From Acidobacteriota bacterium (GTDB taxonomy: Bacteria; Acidobacteriota; Vicinamibacteria; Fen-336), in the NCBI GenBank assembly GCA_011526565.1, contig WYBL01000071.1:5553-69552 (forward strand): 64,000 nt of DNA, in the 5' to 3' direction. The notes beneath the pieces are model-generated. The model made no database searches. It saw nothing but the letters and a program-made list of their open reading frames with translations, and was not told where the DNA came from. A program made the position numbers and the translations under genes. This document shows, in pieces, positions 19,153 through 27,711 of the stretch (positions within the stretch are counted from its first letter, which is position 1; each line of letters opens with the position of its first letter).

Positions 19153-19749
19153 CTACCGTGGCTCGATCACCGTGCCGCTCGCGCGGGTGGCGACGGCTTC
19201 CGCGTAGGCGCGCGCCACGGTGGCCGCGGGCAGGCCGGAGAGCCCGGTCATCCCGTACGCCCGCAGCGTCTCGTCGACCCAGGGCGGGCTCACCACGTTC
19301 ACCCGCAGCCCGCGTGGCAGGTCGAGCGCCGCGGCCTTCGCGAAGCCCTCGAGCCCGAGGTTGACGAGGCTGATCGGCGCGACCCCCGGCATCGGCTGCC
19401 GCCCCAGCACGCCGCTGGTGAGCGTGAACGAGCCGCCGTCCCCTACGTGGTCGATCCCGTAGCGGACCAGGTTGACCTGGCCCATCAGCTTGTTCGCGAT
19501 CGAGTACGCGAAGTCCTCGTCGCCCTGCTCGGCCAGCGGCTTGATGCCCGCGGTCGCGCCCGCGGCGCTGACGACGGCGTCGACCCGCCCGACCTTCGCG
19601 TACATCGCCCGGATCGCCGCCGGGTCGCCGAGGTCGACGCTCACCGGCGCGCTGCTGCGCGTCACCGCCACGATCTCGTTGCCGTCCGCGAGCGCCTTGA
19701 CCACTTCGCTGCCGATGGTGCCGGTGGCACCGATGACCAGGATGCGCAT
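19153..19749 (-). CDS. short-chain dehydrogenase / NAD(P)-binding protein
   Basis: 198-aa ORF. MRILVIGATGTIGS is a Rossmann motif. It is the last gene of a marR-doxX-SDR string. Confidence 0.8.
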   Translation of the reverse strand: MRILVIGATGTIGSEVVKALADGNEIVAVTRSSAPVSVDLGDPAAIRAMYAKVGRVDAVVSAAGATAGIKPLAEQGDEDFAYSIANKLMGQVNLVRYGIDHVGDGGSFTLTSGVLGRQPMPGVAPISLVNLGLEGFAKAAALDLPRGLRVNVVSPPWVDETLRAYGMTGLSGLPAATVARAYAEAVATRASGTVIEPR

Positions 19750-19804
19750 GTCTCTTCTCCTCTGTTCTCTTCGAAGATCCGTGAAAGGGGGTGACTTCGG
19801 CGGC

Positions 19805-20270
19805 TCAGCGCCGGACCAGCAGCCGGTCGACCGAGGCCGCGCCGCTGCCCCGCAGCATCACGACCAGCGCGAGGCCGATGGCGAGCAGGTGGTACTCGAA
19901 GCCCTCGCCGGCCTGGGTGCCGCCCCAGTTCATGAAGAAGCCGTGCGCGAAGTGGACGGTGGCCACGGCGCCGACCATGATCGCAGCCATCCCGGCCGCC
20001 ATCGCCCGCCCGGCCACGCCCGCCACCAGCGCGGCGGCGCCCACGCTACAAGACCCCCATCGTCCCCTCGAAGCCGTGGCCGCCGAACCAGCCGAAGAGC
20101 TTCTGGGCCCCGTGCGGCAGCATCACCGCGCCGAGCGTCACCCGCGCCGCGGTGGCCGACCAGTCGGCGTCGGTGGCGAGCAGGGCGCGCACCCCGCGCG
20201 CGGCGAGGCTGCCCAGCGAGAGGGGCAGGGCGTCGGTCGTCGTCGGGTGGGTCGCCGTCAGGGTCGTCAT
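19805..20270 (-). pseudogene. DoxX family membrane protein, interrupted
   Basis: ATG 20270 follows AAGGAG. The N-part ...[22 protein letters not shown] ends at TAG 20046-20048. The C-part (GTG 20044; ...MVGAVATVHFAHGFFMNWGGTQAGEGFEYHLL...) is in another frame. About 20-25 residues (TM2) expected between them appear to be missing. Confidence 0.5.
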
Positions 20271-20293
20271 CGTTTCGTCTCCTTGGCTACACA

Positions 20294-20308
20294 GTTTGGT
20301 ATTCAAAC
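20294..20308. promoter_or_regulatory. short inverted repeat upstream of doxX (candidate MarR site)
   Basis: GTTTG-gtatt-CAAAC lies in the AT-rich 62-nt marR-doxX spacer. On the sense strand a T6 run lies just upstream of the repeat, immediately after the marR stop. Confidence 0.2.
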
Positions 20309-20332
20309 ACGTATTGAGCCAAAAAAGGGGGC

Positions 20333-20806
20333 CTACTCCACGTCGGGCCCGAACAGCGCCTCGCACAGGTTCGCGAGCTCGCGCTGCTGGGGCGTCGTCA
20401 GCCGCTTCGCCACCTCGGCGTCCACGGCTCCCAGGGCCGCCGTCGCCCGGTGCAGCACGTCCATGCCGGCGGCGGTGATGCGCGCCCGCGAGCGGCGGGC
20501 GTCCTCCGGGTCGCGCTCGCGCTCGACCAGGCCGCGGGCCTCGAGCCGATCCAGCAGCCGCGTGACGTCCGGCGCCCGGTCGATCATGCGGCGGGCGATC
20601 TCGCAGCGCGGGTGCCCGTCGGGCCGCGCACCGCCCAGGATGCGGAGCACGTTGTACTGCGCCATGCTCACGTCCAGCCCGGTGAGCGCCCGCTCGAGCC
20701 GATCGTTCAGCCACGCCCCGGCCACCATCAGGCTCACCACCGCCTCGTCGACGGGGCTCTCCATCGGCCTGGTCTGCTGCAGTCGCCGCATCAGCTTCTG
20801 TCCCAC
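20333..20806 (-). CDS. MarR family transcriptional regulator
   Basis: 157-aa [17 protein letters not shown] ... [37 protein letters not shown] is the MarR winged helix. Confidence 0.85.
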   Translation of the reverse strand: MGQKLMRRLQQTRPMESPVDEAVVSLMVAGAWLNDRLERALTGLDVSMAQYNVLRILGGARPDGHPRCEIARRMIDRAPDVTRLLDRLEARGLVERERDPEDARRSRARITAAGMDVLHRATAALGAVDAEVAKRLTTPQQRELANLCEALFGPDVE

Positions 20807-20835
20807 GAGGGGGAAAGATAGGCCAGGAATAACCG

Positions 20836-20847
20836 TGTGTCAACACA
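20836..20847. promoter_or_regulatory. short palindrome upstream of marR
   Basis: TGTGT-ca-ACACA lies in an AT-rich patch 30 nt upstream of the marR start. Confidence 0.2.
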
Positions 20848-20886
20848 TATTTGTTCGCGCGACCGCCCCGCCACAAACGGCCAGGG

Positions 20887-21111
20887 CTAGTTGACGGCCC
20901 TGACCGCGAGCATGTCTCGATCCGACACGGGGCGGAGATCGGAGACCGTCAGCGTGACGAGGGCCGTGGTCTCGCCGGACGCTCGCACGAACTCCACTTC
21001 CACACCGTCTCCGTCGTAGACCTCCACGACGGCCCCGAGGTCCCCGGCCTTGAGGCCCTGCTCCGGGATGTCGTGTGTCAGCACGACGGTTTCAAGCGGC
21101 TCGAAGGTCAT
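20887..21111 (-). CDS. DUF4926 domain protein
   Basis: ATG 21111 follows [65 protein letters not shown] is a typical DUF4926 sequence. Confidence 0.75.
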   Translation of the reverse strand: MTFEPLETVVLTHDIPEQGLKAGDLGAVVEVYDGDGVEVEFVRASGETTALVTLTVSDLRPVSDRDMLAVRAVN

Positions 21112-21113
21112 GA

Positions 21114-21437
21114 CTACCTCGGTCGAACGGTGACAAGTCGAACAGGCTGCCCCGCGCCGGCCTGAATCCACACAGTCACGACGCGGCGATGCCCCCGCGG
21201 GCCCGTCAACTCGCCTTCAACAGTGTACTTCGTGCCATAGGGTGTGGCCTCCTGTTTCGTTACCTCTCCTGACCGTCCGATCCGCAGGATCTCGGCGACG
21301 AACGCGGCATGACTCGACCGGCCGAACCCCAGCGCGCTGAACAGCCGGGCCTTCGACCGACCGACGGGATGAGTGTGCGACAGCAGGTACAAACGAACCT
21401 TGAGATCGTTGATCGCCAGCGGCTCGGGGAGCTTCAT
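21114..21437 (-). CDS. DUF6883 domain protein
   Basis: 107 aa from ATG 21437. [26 protein letters not shown]...[15 protein letters not shown]...VTVW matches the DUF6883 family that usually pairs with DUF4926. It ends 2 nt before the DUF4926 start. Confidence 0.7.
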   Translation of the reverse strand: MKLPEPLAINDLKVRLYLLSHTHPVGRSKARLFSALGFGRSSHAAFVAEILRIGRSGEVTKQEATPYGTKYTVEGELTGPRGHRRVVTVWIQAGAGQPVRLVTVRPR

Positions 21438-21524
21438 CGGGGCCCGCCTGAAGCTACCCCCCGCCGATGCCTGAACGGGACCGGCGCGCCCGGTAGTCGG
21501 TCGACTCCCTCGACGGCCGAGCTG

Positions 21525-22278
21525 ATGGCGCAATCCTCGATCGAGTGGACCGAAGCGACGTGGAACCCCGTCACGGGCTGCACGAAGGTGAGCCCGGGCT
21601 GCAAGCACTGCTACGCCGAGGTCATGGCCCGCCGGCTCGAGGGGCATGGGCCAGCCGAACTACCGCAACGGCTTCGAGCTCACGCTGCACGAGCACATGC
21701 TCGACCGTCCCCTCCTGTGGAAGAGCCCCCGCACAATCTTCGTCAACTCGATGTCGGACCTGTTCCACAAGGACGTGCCGCTCGAATTCGTGCGCCGCGT
21801 GTTCGAGGTGATGCGACAGGCCCACTGGCACACATTCCAGGTCCTCACCAAGCGCGCCGAGCGCCTCGAGGCGGTCAGTGACCAGCTCGTGTGGCCGGCC
21901 AACGTCTGGATGGGGGGCAGCGTCGAGGGTGCCAGGTACCTCCACCGCATCGACAGCCTGCGGCGCACCCCGGCGAGGGCAAAGATCCTGTCTCTCGAAC
22001 CGCTGCTGGGCCCGCTCGGCGCCCTGGACCTCAGCGGAATCGACTGGGTGATCGTCGGCGGCGAGTCGGGCCCGAAGGCGCGCCCGATGCAGGAGGCCTG
22101 GGTCCACGACATTCAGCGCCGATGCGTTGCACGCGGCGTACCGTTCTTCTTCAAGCAGTGGGGCGGCCGCAACAAGAAACAGGCAGGTCGCTCCCTCCTC
22201 GGACGAGTCTGGGATGAGATGCCGGAGCGAGCATGCCGTCCAGTCCCGGCACTGGCCGCGGCCGATGGGGCCGCATGA
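21525..22278 (+). pseudogene. DUF5131 (phage Gp37/Gp68 family) protein, single frameshift
   Basis: [40 protein letters not shown] reads from ATG 21525. The remainder [41 protein letters not shown]...[15 protein letters not shown]...FFFKQWGG is in the next frame from 21646. One extra base in the G run at 21641-21644 separates them. Confidence 0.7.
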
Positions 22279-23067
22279 ACCGGGACCACGCCGTCAGGCT
22301 CGCAGCCTTCGACTTCCTCGGCGAGCAGGTCGCCATTCAAGGAGAAGTGCTGCCTTGGACTCTGCTCTCGGCCGGGTTCCAGTTCGAGGGCGAACGAGTC
22401 CCGATCGTCGGGCAGAAGGGCATCTTCAAGCCCCGGGTCATGGAACTACCGCTGAGCGTGACGACGGCGCCGCAGGTCGCCGGTCAGGACAGGCCATACG
22501 ACGACTATCGTGCGCGGCCAGTACCTCGTCCAGTGGCCAGTCTACGTAGAGGCCGACGAGCCGGCCTCCCTTACGTTCCGAATTTCGATCGACGCGCCAG
22601 ACGCCCTTGTGAGTCACCAGTTGTCCGACGGCGCATCCGTGTGAGGAGACGATCGGCGACGCTACCTCACAGTCGCCACACAGCGCCGATTCACCAGGAG
22701 GAGTTCCGCGTTCGCGTTCTCCGCGCGTACCGCGAGAGCTGTGCGGTTTGCCGGTTGAGGCACGGAGAGTTGCTGGATGCCGCGCACATTCTCTCTGACA
22801 AACATCCGAAGGCACTGCCGATCGTTCCGAACGGTCTCGCGCTGTGCAAGCTCCACCATGCTGCCTTCGATCGCCACATCCTCGGGGTCCGGCCTGACCT
22901 GATCATTGAGATACGAGAAGACATCCTGCGAGAAGTTGACGGGCCGATGCTGGTACGGCCTCCAGGAGTTCCAGGGGCGACAGCTTCGCGTTCCCCGTTC
23001 ACCAGCGCACCAACCCGACCGTGAGCTGCTCGAAGAGAGGTACGCGACATTCAGGAAGGCGAGCTGA
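22275..23067 (+). pseudogene. COG3440-type HNH restriction-like endonuclease, multiply disrupted
   Basis: ATG 22275 overlaps the DUF5131 stop (ATGA). Four lesions were read. (1) An internal deletion near 22508: RPYDDY jumps to VRGQYLVQWPVYVEADEPASLTF in another frame. (2) An in-frame TGA at 22642-22644. (3) A frameshift near 22688 (TQRR / IHQEEFRVRVLRAY). (4) A frameshift near 22953 (DGPML / YGLQEFQGRQLRVPR...LLEERYATF). The HNH core CAVCRL...HILSDKH...NGLALCKLHHAAFD is still readable. Confidence 0.7.
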
Positions 23068-24638
23068 CCGGCGTCCGGCCTTGGCTTCCCTCAGGGCTCC
23101 GCTGATTTGCGCCGACTTCTTCGAGTAACCGATCCGGCACGGGTTCGGGGAGTCGCCAGCGAACCTTGATGGGCTGTTCGCCCTCCCAGTCCATGAAATC
23201 GACGTCGCCGCAGTAAATGAACGGGGCGGCGCCGCGCCCGCCGATCTTGCCGGTCTTGCGGACGAAGAGGTGGACCGCGACGCCTTGCGCCAGGTGGGTC
23301 TTGATCAACTGCCCGTGGCCGTCCGCCTGCCGGGTGCGGTTCTGGCTTTCCCACGGGAAGACCGTCGGGCTGAGGAAGTGGTCCTTGTACTGGAAATCCG
23401 TGCCCTTGCCGCTCTTGTCTAGGGTTACGAGCAAGAAGATGTGGCCAGGCCGGGCGACGAAAGCCCTCCGTCCACGCCTTGATCGGGTTCTCTTCCAGGT
23501 GCCGCTTCAGGCCGGCCGGCGTCGCCGCCCTGGGGCCGAGGTCGGTCACGAGGAGGTGGTTGCGTGAGGCCAGGGCCCGCACCGCCTCGGCGAGCGAGTC
23601 GATCGTGATCTCGCCGGGGAACGCGTCCTCGTTGAGCATCGCCAGCAGGACGAGCATCTTGTAGCTCTTCGTCATCTGCGTGTCGTCGAGCTCGCTCAGG
23701 AACGCCTGGTGGCGGTCGAAGGTCGCGGCCTGGCTCTCGTCGAGGCCGCCCTGTGCGCGGACGAAGCCGAGCCACGAGCCGTGGGCGGCGCGGGCCGCGC
23801 GCGGGTTGTAGCCCTCGTGGAACGCCTCGGCCGCTCGCGGGCGGGCGCCCTGCAGCTCCACGAACTCCTCGTAGTAGCGCTTGAGGGCCTCTTCCTTGTT
23901 CGCCGTGACGCGGATCAGGCCGCGCAGGATGTCGATCGTCTCCAGCTCGTACGTGACCTCGCAGCCGGGGGCGATCTCGACCGGGCCTTCCTTGAGCCGC
24001 TCGAGCATGTTGAGCACGGGCTGACCGCCGGATGGAAGGCTGAAGAGCGTCTGCGGCTTGAGCAGGAACGTGCGGTGGTTGCCGATGTAGTCGATGACCG
24101 TGAGGCGCTTGTCGTCGTGCGACTTGCGGAGGCCGCGGCCGAACTGCTGGAGCCACAGGACCCGAGACTCCGTGGGGCGCAGCATCAGCACCGTGTCCAG
24201 CTCGGGGAGATCGAGGCCCTCGTTGAAGATGTCGACCGCGCAGAGCACGTCGAGGTGGCCGGCTGACAACTCTTCGAGCGACTGGGCGCGCGGCGCCGAG
24301 GTGTCGCCGGAGTGGACCGCGACCGCGCGCAGGCCCGCGTCCCTGAAGAAGCCGGCCATGAAGTCGGCGTGGCGCTGCGAGACGCAGAAGGCGATGGTGC
24401 GCGTGCCGCCGCGGCGGCGGAGCTGGTCGAGGGCGTTCTGCGCGCGGGACTGGGTGGCGACGTGCGTCGTCAACTCCTCCGTGTCGAAGCGAGAGTTGCG
24501 CCACGGGATGTTGCGGTAGTCGACGTCGTCCGGAACGCCGAAGTAGCGGAAGCGGCAGAGCAGGTCGCGCTTCACGCCCTCGACGAGGTCGCATCGGTAG
24601 ACGAGGTTCTCCTGGCACAGGCCGAGCAGGTCGCAACC

Positions 24639-24719
24639 ACGGGTTCCGACGCCAGGCGAAGCCCGGCGTCGGTCCCATGGGGCTCCGTCGCGACCGGACG
24701 CTCCTCCGCCCCAAGCCCC
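24639..24719 (-). repeat. copy R2 of a 77-86 nt intragenic repeat family
   Basis: Minus-strand reading: GGGGCTTGGGGCGGAGGAGCGTCCGGTCGCGACGGAGCCCCATGGGACCGACGCCGGGCTTCGCCTGGCGTCGGAACCCGT. It is inserted between helicase motif III and the following conserved block. Confidence 0.6.
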
Positions 24720-24882
24720 AGGCCGCGCCCTCGGGCGTCGCGGTGAGCCCGAGCAGGAACTTCGGCCGGAACCAGTCGATCAGGCGTCGGTAGGTCGGGC
24801 CGACGCGCGTGGTGGAACTCGTCGACAACGATGTGGGCGAAGGCGTTCCGGGCGAACCGCTCGACGGGGTGGCCGCCGCCTT

Positions 24883-24968
24883 GGGGGTTTGGGGGCGGAG
24901 GAGGCCGGAGTCGTCCGACGTAGCCCCCATGGGACCGGCGGCGGGTTCACCCCGGCGCCGGAACCCGT
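24883..24968 (+). repeat. copy X of the same repeat family, inverted relative to R1/R2
   Basis: Plus-strand reading: GGGGGTTTGGGGGCGGAGGAGGCCGGAGTCGTCCGACGTAGCCCCCATGGGACCGGCGGCGGGTTCACCCCGGCGCCGGAACCCGT. It shares both termini and the ATGGGACCG core with R2 and sits where the motif I-II segment is deleted. Confidence 0.55.
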
Positions 24969-25729
24969 TAACTCGAAGGCGCTGAGCCAGGTCTTGCCCA
25001 GGCCCGTCGCGAGGACGACCAGGCCCGCCGTGTTGCCCTCGGCCCGCGTCGCCTCCAGCGCGGCGAGGGCCTCCTGCTGGATGGCGTGGGGCTGCGGGAC
25101 GTCCCGCGGCTCGATGGCGATGTCGACGATGGCCGGGCGTGGCGCCTGCTCGGTGACCTTGCGGCGCGCGCGATAGCGCTCGACCCAGTCCGGCGTCAGC
25201 TCCCGCGTCGCGGGGTGGTGGAAGAGCTGCTCGAACGCGGTGCGGACCTCGGAGAAGGCGTTGCCCTCGGCTGACGAGACCGTCCGGTAGTTCCACTCGA
25301 TGCCGGTGAGCAGGGCGGACTCGCTCAGGTTGGAGCTGCCGACGAACGCGACGCCCGTACCCTCGCGCCGCTGGAAGAGGTAGGACTTGGGGTGGAAGCT
25401 GAGCGCTGGCTCGGGGCGGGGGTGCGTGTGCAGCCCCTCTGCGCGCCGGGTCTCGAAGACGCGGAGCTGGCGATCGCCCTCGAGGTCGAGCAGGCGGACG
25501 AGGGCGTCGGGGTCGGTGACGTCGAGGTAGTCGCCGGTGAGCAGGCGCAGGCGGGCGCCGCGATCGAGGAACTCGCGCAGGTGGGAGACGAGGCGCTCGA
25601 CGCCGCTGCCCATCACGAAGCCGACCGCGATGTCCGCAGCGTCCGAGGCCGCGAACTCGCGGGCGAGGTAGGGGAGCAGCGGGTCGGCCTCGCCGCCGGT
25701 GACGAGGCGGGGCGTCGAGCCGTCGGGCG

Positions 25730-25806
25730 GCTCGCGCCAGGCAAACCCTGACGCTCGGGCCCTCGGGGGCTCCGTCGCGAACGGACGCTCCTCCGCCCCC
25801 GAACCC
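25730..25806 (-). repeat. copy R1 of the repeat family, flanked by a 10-bp direct repeat
   Basis: The core GGGGCGGAGGAGCGTCCGTTCGCGACGGAGCCCC differs from R2 at one position. It is flanked by CCGTCGGGCG at 25720-25729 and 25807-25816. Element plus one flank equals 87 nt, an in-frame 29-codon insertion in the HIT-PLD linker (PDG...PDG). Confidence 0.6.
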
Positions 25807-26401
25807 CCGTCGGGCGCACCCGGGCCAGCGGGCGTCGCGCTCGCGGACGCGGCGGCGCGCGCGAGGTAGTTGCCCTTGCCGGGGATCACGTGGCGGACGC
25901 CGCCGCGGGGGTCGGGGACGTCGCCCTCGTAGCGCGGGATCACGTGGACGTGGAGGTGGAAGACCGTCTGGCCCGCCGCGCGGCCGACGTTGATGCCGAT
26001 GTTGTAGCCGTCCGGCCTGGGTTGGTCGGCGCGCTCGCTCAGCAGGTCGCGGGCGCGGTCGATGTTGGCGAGCAGTGCCGCGCGCTCCTCGTCCGCGGCG
26101 TCGAACCAGGTGGGCACGTGGCGGCGCGGGACGAGCAGCAGGTGGCCGGGGCCGACGGGAAAGCCGTCCCAGATCGCGCGCGTGAGCCGGTCCTCGAAGG
26201 CGATGCGCTCGCGCTCGGGATGGCAGAACGGACACTCGCTCATCGACTCGCCTCGGGCCCGTGGTTCAGTCGGGAGGAGGCGATCTTAGACGATGGCCAG
26301 GCTCCGCTCCCGGCTCAGTCCCACAGCGGCCTGCGTGATCTCGCAGCCCGGGCTCGCCGCAGGCGGGAAGACGCGCGACCTCGCTGCGCGTCGGGACCGG
26401 G

Positions 26402-26938
26402 TCAGCGCCGGGGGGCTTCTCGGGTGATCTCGAGGATGCCGGGGAGGCCGGCCAGGACGCAGGCGCGGCAGCGCCAGGCTTTCACCGGGCGGGGGGCCGT
26501 GCGGCTCGACTGGCAGACGGGGCACCAGTGCTCGTAGCGGGCCCGCGTCGCGCTGCGGCGGGCAGGCTTCGGCGCGGGCCTTCGCGTCGCGGCTGCCAGG
26601 CGGCAGCGCCAGAGCGCGGCGGTCGGGTGTGCGATGCCCGCCTGCGTCATCAGGCGGCGCCACTCGGAGCCGTGGGGGCGAGCAGTCGCGACGCCTGCGA
26701 GGGCCAGCGCCGCGTGCGCGGCCTCGTGAGTGAGGATGGCGTCGAGCGCCGCGAGGCGCAGCGCGCGCGGGCTGGTCTCGATGCGCCGGGCGCCGACCAC
26801 GAAGCGCGCCAGCGTCCGCGAGAGCCGGGTGTTGGACACGACCTCGACCGTGGCCAGGTCCGGGACCGCCCAGACTCGGGCGAGCCGGGTCAGCAGCCGG
26901 CGGGCGTGGGTCGCGGCTTTCGTGGGAAGCGGGCGCAT
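26402..26938 (-). CDS. SprT-like zinc metalloprotease domain protein with C-terminal zinc ribbon
   Basis: HEAAH (HExxH) motif. C-terminal CPVCQ...CRAC. ATG 26938 is preferred over the TTG 27004 of the track ORF. Confidence 0.65.
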   Translation of the reverse strand: MRPLPTKAATHARRLLTRLARVWAVPDLATVEVVSNTRLSRTLARFVVGARRIETSPRALRLAALDAILTHEAAHAALALAGVATARPHGSEWRRLMTQAGIAHPTAALWRCRLAAATRRPAPKPARRSATRARYEHWCPVCQSSRTAPRPVKAWRCRACVLAGLPGILEITREAPRR

Positions 26939-27083
26939 GAATCCTCGAGCGTGTGGTGGCACGCCGCCGCCCCAAGTCACTGCGGTCACAATCCGTGACG
27001 TCAAAGCGGTGGCACCCGATCGACTGCCACACGAGTCATCGCGGGGCGATTCTCGCGCAACCCCTCCGGCAAGGCGCCAGGCC

Positions 27084-27638
27084 TCAGCCGTGGAAGCCGA
27101 TCGGGCGGCGGGGACGGGAGGGCGGCTCGAGGAGCCGGCGGAGGGCGGCGAGGACGCTCTGGAGCTCGACGTCGTGGCCGGCGACGCGTCGCTCGAGGGC
27201 GGCGAGCTGGCGGGCCAGCTCTTCGTGGCCGCGCGCGAAGTCGCGCAGCCGCACGAACGCGCGCACCACGAAGACGCTCATCTCGACCGCGCGGGGGCTG
27301 TTGAGGATCGAGGCTGCCATGATGGAGCCGTGCTCCGTGAACACCCATGGCGCGTGCCGCCTTCCGCCCCGCCCGCTCTTTGACATCACAGTCTGTGATG
27401 TCAAAGCCAGAGCCTCTGCCCGCACCAGGCGGAATGCAAAGTCCTCCGGGAACCGGGCGAGGTTGCGTTGCACGGCCTGGTTGAGCGTCCGAGTTTCGAC
27501 GCCGTAGATCGCTGCCAGGTCCGAATCCAGCAGCACCTTGTGCCCGCGCATTTCGACGATCCTGCTGGCGACTCTCGCATCGACGGCGGCGGGGCCCCTC
27601 ATGATGGGGGCGATCCTCGACCCGGGTCTGGCCGCCAC
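27084..27638 (-). CDS. ORF6N domain (KilA-N-related DNA-binding) protein
   Basis: IVEMRGHKVLLDSDLAAIYGVETRTLNQAVQRNLARFPEDFAFRL...GGRRHAPWVFTEHGSIMAASILNSPRAVEMSVFVVRAFVRLR is a typical ORF6N sequence. The start may be ATG 27602. Confidence 0.8.
   Translation of the reverse strand: MAARPGSRIAPIMRGPAAVDARVASRIVEMRGHKVLLDSDLAAIYGVETRTLNQAVQRNLARFPEDFAFRLVRAEALALTSQTVMSKSGRGGRRHAPWVFTEHGSIMAASILNSPRAVEMSVFVVRAFVRLRDFARGHEELARQLAALERRVAGHDVELQSVLAALRRLLEPPSRPRRPIGFHG
27378..27406. repeat. 29-bp palindrome (13-bp perfect arms) inside the ORF6N gene
   Basis: CTTTGACATCACA-gtc-TGTGATGTCAAAG was read directly. A related half-site CGTGACGTCAAAG lies at 26994-27006 upstream of the SprT gene. Confidence 0.6.
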
Positions 27639-27711
27639 GGGTCCGGACCGGCGGGTCGTCCTCCCGAAGATGGCGCGCGCCTGGACGTTCGCGTCGAGGA
27701 GGCGTCCGGCG

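Larger units (their letters stand above)
23051..26243 (-). pseudogene. HIT - PLD-like nuclease - SF2 (DExH) helicase - DUF3427 fusion gene, multiply disrupted
   Basis: ATG 26243. Domains in order: HIT (HLHVHVIP); PLD HKD motif (HPKSYLF...GSSNLS); Walker A ATGLGKT; DEFH (motif II); LTATPE (motif III); helicase C-domain (track ORF 23091-24575); DUF3427 tail (IFLLVTLDKSGKG...FPWESQN...HLFVRK, 23051-23434). These pieces lie in at least four different frames. About 60 aa are missing between motifs I and II, and three repeat-element copies are inserted. Confidence 0.7.

Noticed and set aside
21639-21648. Programmed ribosomal frameshifting as an explanation for the split DUF5131, vapC-1 and K1 genes.
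   Set aside because: There is no slippery heptamer or downstream structure at any of the sites. Homologues, as I recall them, are single-frame proteins. An indel (real or technical) is the simpler reading.
22642-22644. In-frame TGA in the HNH gene as selenocysteine or read-through.
   Set aside because: The gene carries three other lesions, and no SECIS-like hairpin follows. A nonsense mutation in a decaying gene is far more likely.
24780-26243. Treating the 487-aa track ORF as an intact stand-alone HIT-PLD protein.
   Set aside because: Immediately after the Walker A motif (GLGKTWLSAFE) the translation becomes Pro/Arg-rich nonsense. The missing helicase motifs are found in other frames downstream, so it is the 5' part of a disrupted fusion gene.
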